From the IMG/VR virus record IMGVR_UViG_3300046167_000780: a stretch of DNA of 64,000 nt. One strand, given 5' to 3'. This DNA comes from an uncultured virus (IMG/VR IMGVR_UViG_3300046167_000780). Taxonomy: Duplodnaviria > Heunggongvirae > Uroviricota > Caudoviricetes > Demerecviridae. This document shows, one piece after another, positions 7,873-15,637 of this stretch (positions within the stretch are counted from its first letter, which is position 1; the number at the start of each line of letters is the position of its first letter). Made by a program: the position numbers and the translations under genes. The notes under the pieces were generated by a model. The model had not been told where the DNA came from and ran no database searches. It saw nothing but the letters and a program-made list of their open reading frames with translations.

Positions 7873-8352
7873 ATGGCAGAGTTTGAATTTGCAGGAATGA
7901 CATTTAAGGGCGGAAAGGCTGCAGTAGTCTTTACTGCCCTTTCTACTTTAGGGGGCGCTCTCTGGGCCGGGTTTGAATTTTACAAAGACTACATGGATAT
8001 GCGAGAGATCGTAGCAAATATTGATGTAGGAGTAATCGAAGCACGAAACGCACAAATAGAAATAAAACTTGACGAAGCTATCGAATATACTCGTGATATT
8101 AAAAATGGTCTCAAAGACGACATTACTCGCATCGAGCGAGTAACAGATAGCACAAGTGCACGCGTCAAAGATATGCAAGCAGACATAGATGAAAGACTTA
8201 GAGAAATGTCGGACCTTACTCGCGAGACCGAAAAAGATGTGCGTGATACAATGCGCAACGTAGAGAACAGGATCGAAGCCGATATGGAGAAACTCGAAAC
8301 AGATCTTGAAGAGAAACTCCAAAAAGCCTTGGACAATCCGTTAGCGGACTAA
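7873..8352 (+). CDS. Membrane-anchored coiled-coil protein
   Basis: N-terminal TM helix then long heptad-rich region. Confidence 0.75.
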   Translation: MAEFEFAGMTFKGGKAAVVFTALSTLGGALWAGFEFYKDYMDMREIVANIDVGVIEARNAQIEIKLDEAIEYTRDIKNGLKDDITRIERVTDSTSARVKDMQADIDERLREMSDLTRETEKDVRDTMRNVENRIEADMEKLETDLEEKLQKALDNPLAD

Positions 8353-8369
8353 GGTACCAAAAATAAAAC

Positions 8370-8398
8370 TTGACTTTGCATGTGCTATGGAGTAGAAT
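8370..8398 (+). promoter_or_regulatory. Promoter TTGACT-N17-TAGAAT directly before terS ATG
   Basis: Boxes at 8370-8375 and 8393-8398; ATG at 8405. Confidence 0.75.
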
Positions 8399-8404
8399 TG
8401 CAAA

Positions 8405-8872
8405 ATGGGTAAAGAAGTTACGACAATATCGCCAGAAGGCCTCGAGGTAGCCAATTGCTATTTGCAGTATGGAAATATTCGTGCGGTCTGCGAGTTTATG
8501 GGAGTTCCAGAAAACCAAGTGGTTGAGGTACTCAATAAGCGTGAAGTAAAAAAGTATATTGATACCGTTTACCTTGATATGGGTTATCGTAACAAAAACA
8601 ACATTGCATCGGTATTAGATGAAATGATTGCAAGTAAACTTGATGAAGCACAAGAAACAGGAGTGTACTCTTCGAAAGATCTTGCAGACCTGTTACAGAT
8701 GGCGCACAAAATGCGTATGGATGAAATCAAAGCGCAAGCAGAGTTACTAAAAGCCGAGACGACTAATATTCGTAATCAAACTAATGTTCAGATTAACGAT
8801 GCAGCTCTTCCATTTGGACAAGGCAATTATGGTAAACTGATGGAAAAACTGTTAAATGGCGACGGACAATAA
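8405..8872 (+). CDS. terS: Terminase small subunit (T5-type)
   Basis: SPEGLEVANCYLQ, EVKKYID, GYRN...LDEMIASKLDEAQETG, AHKMRMDE match T5 TerS pattern. Confidence 0.85.
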   Translation: MGKEVTTISPEGLEVANCYLQYGNIRAVCEFMGVPENQVVEVLNKREVKKYIDTVYLDMGYRNKNNIASVLDEMIASKLDEAQETGVYSSKDLADLLQMAHKMRMDEIKAQAELLKAETTNIRNQTNVQINDAALPFGQGNYGKLMEKLLNGDGQ

Positions 8873-9110
8873 TACAGAACGAATGCTTGCAGCGGCAGAC
8901 AGAGTAGATGCTCTTGATGCTCGCGTACGAGAGATTGAGATCGAAATGGCTCAGCACGATGCACAATGTGAAGAGCGATGGAAGACTACTTTTAATCGGC
9001 TACTGGGTATTGAAGATACTATGAAGCAGATGGAAAGTCGTTTACTTGTAGGTGCAGGAAGTATGATACTCTTCCTCGCGGGTGTCATTGTGACGCTATT
9101 AATGAAATAG
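8856..9110 (+). CDS. Coiled coil plus C-terminal TM protein (XhlA/holin-like)
   Basis: HDAQCEERW coiled coil and hydrophobic C-terminus. Confidence 0.6.
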   Translation: MATDNNTERMLAAADRVDALDARVREIEIEMAQHDAQCEERWKTTFNRLLGIEDTMKQMESRLLVGAGSMILFLAGVIVTLLMK

Positions 9111-9233
9111 ATGCCAATTGAATATGAATTTCAACCAAAAAGGAACAAATTTTTTAAAGACTTTATTTTTGCATGCTCTATAGGATTTAACATAGGGCTA
9201 ATCATCGGGCTATTGATGTTAGCCTTTTCATAA
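9111..9233 (+). CDS. 40-aa membrane peptide
   Basis: Hand-translated, abuts previous stop, C-terminal TM segment. Confidence 0.55.
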   Translation: MPIEYEFQPKRNKFFKDFIFACSIGFNIGLIIGLLMLAFS

Positions 9234-9243
9234 GGAGATAGCT

Positions 9244-9423
9244 ATGGAAATAGTGCCAAAAGGAGACAAGTGGGCTTGGAAAAAACAGCCTGGAATCCAA
9301 TTTACTTTTGATACAAAAGAAGAAGCTTATGCAGCAGCAGGCATAAAGATGCCGGCTGAAATACCACTCCCCGAAGTTCGGGAATACGATAGCATGGAGG
9401 ATGCTATTGCAGAGGAAGACTAA
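9244..9423 (+). CDS. 59-aa acidic hypothetical protein
   Basis: AAGGAG RBS, TAATG coupling to next gene. Confidence 0.7.
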   Translation: MEIVPKGDKWAWKKQPGIQFTFDTKEEAYAAAGIKMPAEIPLPEVREYDSMEDAIAEED

Positions 9424-9584
9424 TGCCAGCAGGTAAAGGTACTTACGGTAAAAAGCGTGGACGCCCAGCAAAGAAGGGTAAAAAGAAAAAGTCTATGGGC
9501 GGATTGACAGCAGCTCAGAAGAAACTGCCCCCAGCATTGCGTAAAGCAATCATGAAGAAGAAGCGTGGCGGTAAGAAGAGGTAA
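9423..9584 (+). CDS. 53-aa highly basic protein with KRGRP (AT-hook-like) motif
   Basis: Hand-translated MPAGKGTYGKKRGRPAKKGKKKK...KKKRGGKKR*. Confidence 0.75.
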   Translation: MPAGKGTYGKKRGRPAKKGKKKKSMGGLTAAQKKLPPALRKAIMKKKRGGKKR

Positions 9585-9750
9585 GCGCAAAGCTGCTAAA
9601 AAACGTCCAGTGCCTACAAATAGAAAACTGTATGCACGAGTTAAAGCGCAGGCAAAGCGTAAATTTAAAGTATACCCTTCAGCCTACGCAAACGGGTGGC
9701 TTGTAAAGACTTACAAAGCACAAGGCGGTAAATACCGCATGGGAAAGTAA
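9565..9750 (+). CDS. Basic protein (DUF5872-like, YPSAYAN motif)
   Basis: LYARVKAQAKRKFKVYPSAYANGWLVKTYK..GGKY; family name from memory. Confidence 0.7.
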   Translation: MAVRRGKRKAAKKRPVPTNRKLYARVKAQAKRKFKVYPSAYANGWLVKTYKAQGGKYRMGK

Positions 9751-9751
9751 G

Positions 9752-9832
9752 ATGGAATTTTTAATTGGATTTGTTGTAGGTGCGGCAACGCATTGGGCCT
9801 GGAAGAAGTGGGGCCATAAAATGCAAATGTAA
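9752..9832 (+). CDS. 26-aa membrane peptide
   Basis: MEFLIGFVVGAATHWAWKKWGHKMQM*, fills the gap exactly, TAATG-coupled. Confidence 0.55.
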   Translation: MEFLIGFVVGAATHWAWKKWGHKMQM

Positions 9833-10122
9833 TGGCTAAACCTAAAGGCGGTTTAACCAAGTGGTTCAAAGAAAAGTGGGTAGATATCTCTCGTCCTAAA
9901 AAGGGCGGGGGCTATCAGCCTTGCGGTCGAAAGACCTCTAAGAAAGGAAAATATCCAAAATGTGTTCCTGCTTCAAAAGCGGCACGTATGACAAAGGCTC
10001 AGAAGAGATCTGCTATACGACGCAAAAGAGCAGCAGGCAACCCAGGAGGAAAGCCGACTATGGTAAAAACATTTGCCAAGCGGAAAGGGAGAATGAGACG
10101 TGGCGGCAAGAAGAAAAGGTAA
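9832..10122 (+). CDS. Basic protein (DUF5872-like, LTKWFKEKWVD...CGR...YPKC motif)
   Basis: Very Lys/Arg-rich with conserved-looking Trp/Cys core. Confidence 0.75.
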   Translation: MAKPKGGLTKWFKEKWVDISRPKKGGGYQPCGRKTSKKGKYPKCVPASKAARMTKAQKRSAIRRKRAAGNPGGKPTMVKTFAKRKGRMRRGGKKKR

Positions 10123-10406
10123 GAAGCGCGATCCACGACTAGCTCGAGCAAGGGTAAAAGGGTTCAACAAACCTCGTAGAACTCCAGGCCACCCAAAGAA
10201 GTCCCATATTGTCGTAGCAAAGGTAGGTGACAAAATCAAAACGATTCGATTTGGGCAAAAAGGTGCTAAGACTGCAGGAAAAGCCTAAAGCAGGAGAAAG
10301 CGCCGCAATGAAAGCAAAGCGTAAAAGCTTTAAAGCACGTCATGCGAAGAATATCGCAAAGGGTAAGATGAGCGCAGCTTATTGGGCCGATAAGGTGAAA
10401 TGGTAG
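10100..10406 (+). CDS. Basic protein (DUF6321-like), about 101 aa, one-base frameshift near 10280
   Basis: KTIRFGQKG then, after removing one A in GGAAAAG, RKSFKARH...SAAYWADKVKW*. Confidence 0.75.
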
Positions 10407-10804
10407 TGTTTGAACGTGAAGTTGAGGAACTAAACTCGAGCTGGGCTTACAAGTACGATATTGATCAGTATGCTCAACGTGAATACTGGCAAATCATGAA
10501 GGAGCACCCTTATGTAGGAGACTGCGAAGACTATGCTCTTACATTACTTTATTTAATTAGTGGTAAGTCTATGTGGAAGTTTTGGTTTTACTTAATTACT
10601 GGTAAAGCACAAATTCGTAGAGTTATTACAAAGAATGGAGGAGGACACGCTGTTCTTCGTTTTGGTAAACACTGGGCAGACAACTGGACTAAGAAGTTTG
10701 TCAAGTGGGAGGAGATGGAAAAGCTAGGACACAAGAAGTATTATTGGTTTTACCTTCCTCAAGACGTAGCATTAAAACTTGCTATGGCTAAGTGGAAAAA
10801 GTAA
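10400..10804 (+). CDS. Transglutaminase-like cysteine protease (BTLCP/C93, LapG-like)
   Basis: YKYD..QY...EYW, GDCEDYA, GHAVL and DN triad motifs. Confidence 0.8.
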   Translation: MVVFEREVEELNSSWAYKYDIDQYAQREYWQIMKEHPYVGDCEDYALTLLYLISGKSMWKFWFYLITGKAQIRRVITKNGGGHAVLRFGKHWADNWTKKFVKWEEMEKLGHKKYYWFYLPQDVALKLAMAKWKK

Positions 10805-11131
10805 TGGGCGAAGATTTAGAAAAAGCAGGGTATCATCCAGCAGATGTAAATGGAGACCATAAAGTAGACGAAGAAGAAAAGAGAATGTATCTTGAATTTC
10901 GTCGTAAAGAGCTTAGAAGATCAAGACGCAATGCGAGATGCACAGCGTAAAATGACATGGTTCGCTCTTGGAGGTATGCTTCTTTATCCTGCTACTGTAA
11001 TGATGACAGAAATGTTAGGATTGCATCAAGCAGCAGAGATTCTTGGCTCTATGGCTTCTGTATACTTTGTTTCTGTAGCCGGTATTGTAGCCGCATTCTT
11101 TGGTGCTCAGGCATGGTCTGGCAAAAAGTAA
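10804..11131 (+). CDS. EF-hand plus two-TM holin-like protein, about 108 aa, one-base frameshift near 10914
   Basis: MGEDLEKAGYHPADVNGDHKVDEEEK...KEL joins EDQDAMRDAQRKM plus 2 TM helices after removing one base. Confidence 0.7.
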
Positions 11132-11406
11132 TACCCTTAGTATTTTTAAGCGGCTGTGTTGCAATGTCACCAAATCTTGAGTTTCATGAAGATTTGGTGA
11201 CAGGGCAAGAATACTATAGTTTTGAACTAGGAGTGTCTTACCCAAAAAAGAAGTTTATGACTCCGGAAGAGTGGACAGAATACCACCAGTCTCCGGACAG
11301 CCAAAAGGAAGCACTATATGCTACTTACAAAGAGCGAGAAGAAATTGAAAGGCGTTGGGAAAATTTTATTGAAAATTGTCTCTTGGCCGGTACATTGGAT
11401 TGCTAG
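11113..11406 (+). CDS. Putative lipoprotein
   Basis: Start 11113 gives MVWQKVIPLVFLSGC lipobox. Confidence 0.6.
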   Translation: MVWQKVIPLVFLSGCVAMSPNLEFHEDLVTGQEYYSFELGVSYPKKKFMTPEEWTEYHQSPDSQKEALYATYKEREEIERRWENFIENCLLAGTLDC

Positions 11407-11587
11407 TTTTTTTATTAATGAGTGGGAAGTAACTATTTGGATTGACCCACAGAAGAAGACACAATACCACTTTAAGTGGCTTGATAAATGCGAGCCTAAA
11501 CACTTAAAAGGAAAACTCACGTCTGGAGAGCCTTTTGAGTTAAAAACGCAAGACGCGTTTAACTTCCAGATTAAAAAGGTGAAGTAA
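11318..11587 (+). CDS. Hypothetical protein (start uncertain)
   Basis: Fills gap, TAATG-coupled to i-spanin. Confidence 0.55.
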   Translation: MLLTKSEKKLKGVGKILLKIVSWPVHWIASFFINEWEVTIWIDPQKKTQYHFKWLDKCEPKHLKGKLTSGEPFELKTQDAFNFQIKKVK

Positions 11588-12009
11588 TGCTAGGAATGAT
11601 TAAAATGCTTCCAATTATGGTACTTCTTGCAGGAGCAGGGTACGCGTATCATACTACTGTAGTAAGTCAGAAAGACACGCACATTGCAAGACTAGAAACT
11701 AATGCTGTTACTCTAAAAGAGAATGCTATGAGATTAGAAGCAGCATTTGAAAAAGAGCAAGCAGCACGCGAAAGATCAGAACAAAACTTACAGTCTCAGC
11801 TAAAGGCAGTAGGGGCTTTGACAGAAAAGAACAACGCTATGCAACAAGAAATGGATGGATACTTATCTATTTTCAAGCGTCATGATATGACTCGTCTTGC
11901 AAGAGCAAAGCCTGGGCTAATTGAGCCTAGAATAAATAAAGGTACGAAAGCAGTATTTCGTTCCATTGAAGAGGCAAGTGTGGAGGTAGAAAATGCGGAT
12001 TCTCAGTAG
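11587..12009 (+). CDS. Inner-membrane spanin (Rz-like)
   Basis: N-terminal TM, long coiled coil, LARAKPGLIE..IN motif, overlaps lipoprotein gene. Confidence 0.8.
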   Translation: MLGMIKMLPIMVLLAGAGYAYHTTVVSQKDTHIARLETNAVTLKENAMRLEAAFEKEQAARERSEQNLQSQLKAVGALTEKNNAMQQEMDGYLSIFKRHDMTRLARAKPGLIEPRINKGTKAVFRSIEEASVEVENADSQ

Positions 12010-12424
12010 TGTACTATTATTATCACTCGGAGGATGCTCGCTAATACAACCGCAACCTCTTCCGGCTCCAGAGCCAATTATTAAAACAGTAACGGAGTAT
12101 AAAACTCTTGAAATATACCAACCTCCGCTACCAAAAGCAATTGACTTGCAGGACGTAGAGTTTTTTGTAATTACAGAAAAGAACTTCGAAGAGCAAGTAA
12201 AAAAGCTAGAAAAAATGCAAAGCGGTACTTATGTACTTTTTGGCATTACACCACAAGATTACGAAAACATGGCGTATAATTTACAAGAGCTGAAAAGATA
12301 TATTGGTCAGCAAAAAGAAATTATAATTTACTATCGTCAAGCTACTCAAGGTGACGAAGACACAGACTCTGAAGATTGGATAGAACGAAATGAAGAAGTT
12401 CTTGAGGATCAAAAACAGGACTAA
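11993..12424 (+). CDS. Outer-membrane spanin (Rz1-like lipoprotein)
   Basis: LGGC lipobox, Pro-rich segment, DYENMAYNLQELKRYI..QK..I.YY. Confidence 0.8.
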   Translation: MRILSSVLLLSLGGCSLIQPQPLPAPEPIIKTVTEYKTLEIYQPPLPKAIDLQDVEFFVITEKNFEEQVKKLEKMQSGTYVLFGITPQDYENMAYNLQELKRYIGQQKEIIIYYRQATQGDEDTDSEDWIERNEEVLEDQKQD

Positions 12425-12427
12425 GTT

Positions 12428-13732
12428 ATGGCTGTTCAAATTAGTCGAGCAGATGTATCTCCCGATGAGATACTAGATTTACAATCTGAGACACGCTTCC
12501 TAAAGCTGCCTACAGACCCCTACCTGGATCTGTTAGGCGTTGTACCCTTACCCTCCCAGGTAGCAATTATAAATGCGATTAATAATCCTAAGTACAGATT
12601 TGTCTGTGCAGCAGTCTCAAGGCGGCAAGGCAAAACATACATCGCAAATATAATCGGGCAACTTGTATCATTAGTTCCCGGTTCTAACATCCTAATCATG
12701 TCTCCCAATTACTCGCTGTCTCAGATTTCTTTCGACTTGCAAAGAAATCTAATCAAGCACTTTGATTTAGAGGTAGCAAAAGATAACGCGAAAGATAAAG
12801 TTATTGAGCTGACAAACGGCTCTACAGTTCGAATGGGTTCCGTGAACCAGGTTGATTCCTGTGTAGGTCGTAGTTACGATCTCATTATCTTTGACGAGGC
12901 GGCGTTGGCAGACGGACGTGATGCGTTCAACGTAGCTCTTCGCCCTACTTTGGATAAGGATAACTCAAAAGCTATCTTTATTTCAACCCCTCGGGGCAGG
13001 AACAACTGGTTCGCAGAATTCTTTGATAGAGGATTTAATGATGAGTTTCCAGAATGGTGTTCAATACGGGCTACTTATAAAGATAATCCGCGCATGTCTG
13101 AGACGGATATACAGGAAGCTAAAAAATCTATGTCCGACTCAGAGTTTAGGCAGGAATACGAAGCGGACTTCAACACTTACGAAGGTCAAATTTGGAACTT
13201 TAATCACGAAAAGTGTATCGCTAATAATGAAGAGCTTGATACTCGTCGCATGGATGTATTTGCTGGCCTCGACGTGGGTTATCGTGACCCAACGGCATTT
13301 ATGGTTGTAGCATATGATTGGGATGAGGAGGTGTACCATGTATTAGATGAATACCTTGATGCCGAAAAGACTACCGAACAGCATGCCGCTGTAATTCGAG
13401 GTATGGTTGACAAATGGGATATCGACTACATTTACATAGATTCCGCAGCACAGCAAACTCGATTTGACTTCGCACAAAATTACGATATTAGTACTGTAAA
13501 TGCAAAGAAGTCAGTATTAGATGGAATCGCACAAGTGGCGGGTATAGTTGATAACGATAAACTTATGGTCGATCAGCGATGCGGTGAAGTACTATCTTGC
13601 CTTGATCAATATCAATGGGATCCAAATCCAAATCTCGCAAGAGAAAAGCCAAAACATAATCGAGCATCGCATATGGCAGATGCTCTTCGATACGCACTAT
13701 ACTCATTTGAAACAACTCAGAGCGGGTTCTAG
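12428..13732 (+). CDS. terL: Terminase large subunit
   Basis: Walker A SRRQGKT, Walker B IIFDEAA, ISTPRG, nuclease GLDVGYRD and HMADALRY. Confidence 0.97.
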   Translation: MAVQISRADVSPDEILDLQSETRFLKLPTDPYLDLLGVVPLPSQVAIINAINNPKYRFVCAAVSRRQGKTYIANIIGQLVSLVPGSNILIMSPNYSLSQISFDLQRNLIKHFDLEVAKDNAKDKVIELTNGSTVRMGSVNQVDSCVGRSYDLIIFDEAALADGRDAFNVALRPTLDKDNSKAIFISTPRGRNNWFAEFFDRGFNDEFPEWCSIRATYKDNPRMSETDIQEAKKSMSDSEFRQEYEADFNTYEGQIWNFNHEKCIANNEELDTRRMDVFAGLDVGYRDPTAFMVVAYDWDEEVYHVLDEYLDAEKTTEQHAAVIRGMVDKWDIDYIYIDSAAQQTRFDFAQNYDISTVNAKKSVLDGIAQVAGIVDNDKLMVDQRCGEVLSCLDQYQWDPNPNLAREKPKHNRASHMADALRYALYSFETTQSGF

Positions 13733-13754
13733 AGATACCTACAAAAAATAGTGT

Positions 13755-13783
13755 TTGACAATTTATCTTACAAGGGCTATAAT
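13755..13783 (+). promoter_or_regulatory. Perfect sigma70 promoter for head operon
   Basis: TTGACA 13755-13760, N17, TATAAT 13778-13783; ATG at 13789. Confidence 0.9.
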
Positions 13784-13788
13784 TCAAA

Positions 13789-14172
13789 ATGAAAAAGCTG
13801 AAAAGAGATCCGGTAAAATACATAAGAGATCGAGCTAAATCAAAGTATGAAAAAGGTTCAGAATGCCACATTTGTGGCGCTGACACAGAACTCGACTTTC
13901 ACCATTTTTACACTTTAGCGCCTCTACTAAGAGAATGGTTAAAAGTAAAGCAGAAAGAGAGACCTGCGCATTATACGGACGAGTATATTGTAATCTGGCG
14001 AGACGAGTTTATAGAAGATAAATGGGCGGAGCTGTACGAGCACACAGTGACACTTTGCCATAAACATCATTTGGAACTGCATAGATTGTATGGCAGAAAT
14101 CCAGCCCTAGTGACTGCAAAGAAACAAATGCGCTGGGTAGAGATTCAAAGAGACAAACATGGCATGGTATAA
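13789..14172 (+). CDS. HNH nicking endonuclease (T5-type, between terL and portal)
   Basis: CHICG, DFHH, TLCHKHH..LH; synteny. Confidence 0.85.
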   Translation: MKKLKRDPVKYIRDRAKSKYEKGSECHICGADTELDFHHFYTLAPLLREWLKVKQKERPAHYTDEYIVIWRDEFIEDKWAELYEHTVTLCHKHHLELHRLYGRNPALVTAKKQMRWVEIQRDKHGMV

Positions 14173-15349
14173 TTTTTGGCAAAATAAAGATACAGAAGAG
14201 AAGCTGAATCCTGCCCAGCCATACTACGACCATAAAGTAGAGCCCTCACGTGAAAAAGTAGTTAACTACGAGAGAGCCTATGAAGACCTAGAAATTGTAA
14301 ACAGAGGCGTTAACATGATTGTTGATGATACTTCTGAAATACCAATTTCTGTAGGCGGTCAAGTACAAGGAATGTCTAGTGTAGTAAAAGGTATTAAGCG
14401 TTCGCGAGTAGAGCTACTCTTAAATAAAGAGCCAAACCCTTTTCAAGACATTAGCACTTTTCGTCGTAATTTAATTACTGACTACTTACTTGACGGAAAC
14501 ATTTTTATTTATTTTGACGGTGTACATATGTATCATTTGCCTGCAAACAAAATGACAATACATGCAGATGATACAAAGTATATTGAAAAGTTTACGTTTA
14601 ATGAAACAATTAGCTATAAGCCAAGTGAAATTATTCACATAAAAGACAATTCATTCTATTCTATCTATAGAGGAGTTTCAAGATTAAAACCTGCTTTACG
14701 AACCATGATACTCATGAGAAGTATGCGCGATTTTCAGGATAACTTCTTTAAAAACGGCGCCGTTCCAGGTCTTGTACTCAAATCTCCTAATACTCTATCA
14801 GAAAAAATTAAAGAAAGAATGATTCAATCTTGGTCTGCACGTTATAGACCAGATGCAGGAGGTCGCAGACCTCTTATTCTTGACGGCGGAATTGAAATAG
14901 ATAAAGTTTCAAATATAAACTTTAAAGAATTGGATTTTCAATCTGCAATTTCAGAAAATGAAAAAATTGTACTAAAGGCACTTGGCATCCCACCAATTAT
15001 GTTAGACTCTGGTAATAATGCTAATTTAAGACCTAACATGAGAATGTACTACTTAGAGACTATTCTTCCTATTGTACGCAAAATGAACTTTGCACTAGAA
15101 AGATACTTTGGGTTTGCACTTTCAGAAGATATAACAGATATTCCGGCATTACAGCCAGAATTACGAGATCAATCTCAGTACTACTCTGCATTAGTAAATA
15201 CTGGAATTATCTCTCCAAACGAAGCTCGAGATGCTCTCGGATTTGCTTCAGTAGAGGGATATGATGATTTGCGAGTTCCAGCAAATATTGCTGGTAGTGC
15301 TGCAAATCCGGACGAAGGCGGAAGGCCTGTAGAAGAAGGAGAAGAGTAA
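14159..15349 (+). CDS. Portal protein (HK97 family, T5 pb7-like)
   Basis: LLDGNIF, EIIHIK, RGVSRL, FFKNGAVPGLVL, ISPNEAR. Confidence 0.95.
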   Translation: MAWYNFWQNKDTEEKLNPAQPYYDHKVEPSREKVVNYERAYEDLEIVNRGVNMIVDDTSEIPISVGGQVQGMSSVVKGIKRSRVELLLNKEPNPFQDISTFRRNLITDYLLDGNIFIYFDGVHMYHLPANKMTIHADDTKYIEKFTFNETISYKPSEIIHIKDNSFYSIYRGVSRLKPALRTMILMRSMRDFQDNFFKNGAVPGLVLKSPNTLSEKIKERMIQSWSARYRPDAGGRRPLILDGGIEIDKVSNINFKELDFQSAISENEKIVLKALGIPPIMLDSGNNANLRPNMRMYYLETILPIVRKMNFALERYFGFALSEDITDIPALQPELRDQSQYYSALVNTGIISPNEARDALGFASVEGYDDLRVPANIAGSAANPDEGGRPVEEGEE

Positions 15350-15637
15350 ATGGCAGTACGTCAAAAACAAAAAGTTTTAGATATTGCTCACGAACATTTT
15401 GAGAAGCACAAGCTTCCTTTAGATGTAGACTATAAAACATATCTGGCTAAGGTAGGACCTACAGATGCGCTTCATGCTATTTCTGTAAAGAGAAGTTTTA
15501 AAGCATGGAAATATCTACTTCACGCTTTAAAAGTTAAGCATCCACAGCTAATGGAAGCTCCTAAGCCAAAACCTGCTCCGAAGCCTAAAGCAGCTCCGAG
15601 CAAGCCTGCAAAAGCAGAAGCAAAGAGTGAAGACTAA
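15350..15637 (+). CDS. Hypothetical head-region protein with Pro/Lys/Ala tail
   Basis: Between portal and protease, the slot of T5 decoration pb10 but not recognisably similar. Confidence 0.65.
   Translation: MAVRQKQKVLDIAHEHFEKHKLPLDVDYKTYLAKVGPTDALHAISVKRSFKAWKYLLHALKVKHPQLMEAPKPKPAPKPKAAPSKPAKAEAKSED

Noticed and set aside
8856..12424. Complete lysis cassette with endolysin
   Set aside because: No recognisable muramidase, amidase or peptidoglycan peptidase; the endolysin is probably outside the window as in T5.
13789..14172. HNH as a mobile homing endonuclease
   Set aside because: Occupies the conserved T5 nicking-endonuclease slot between terL and portal.
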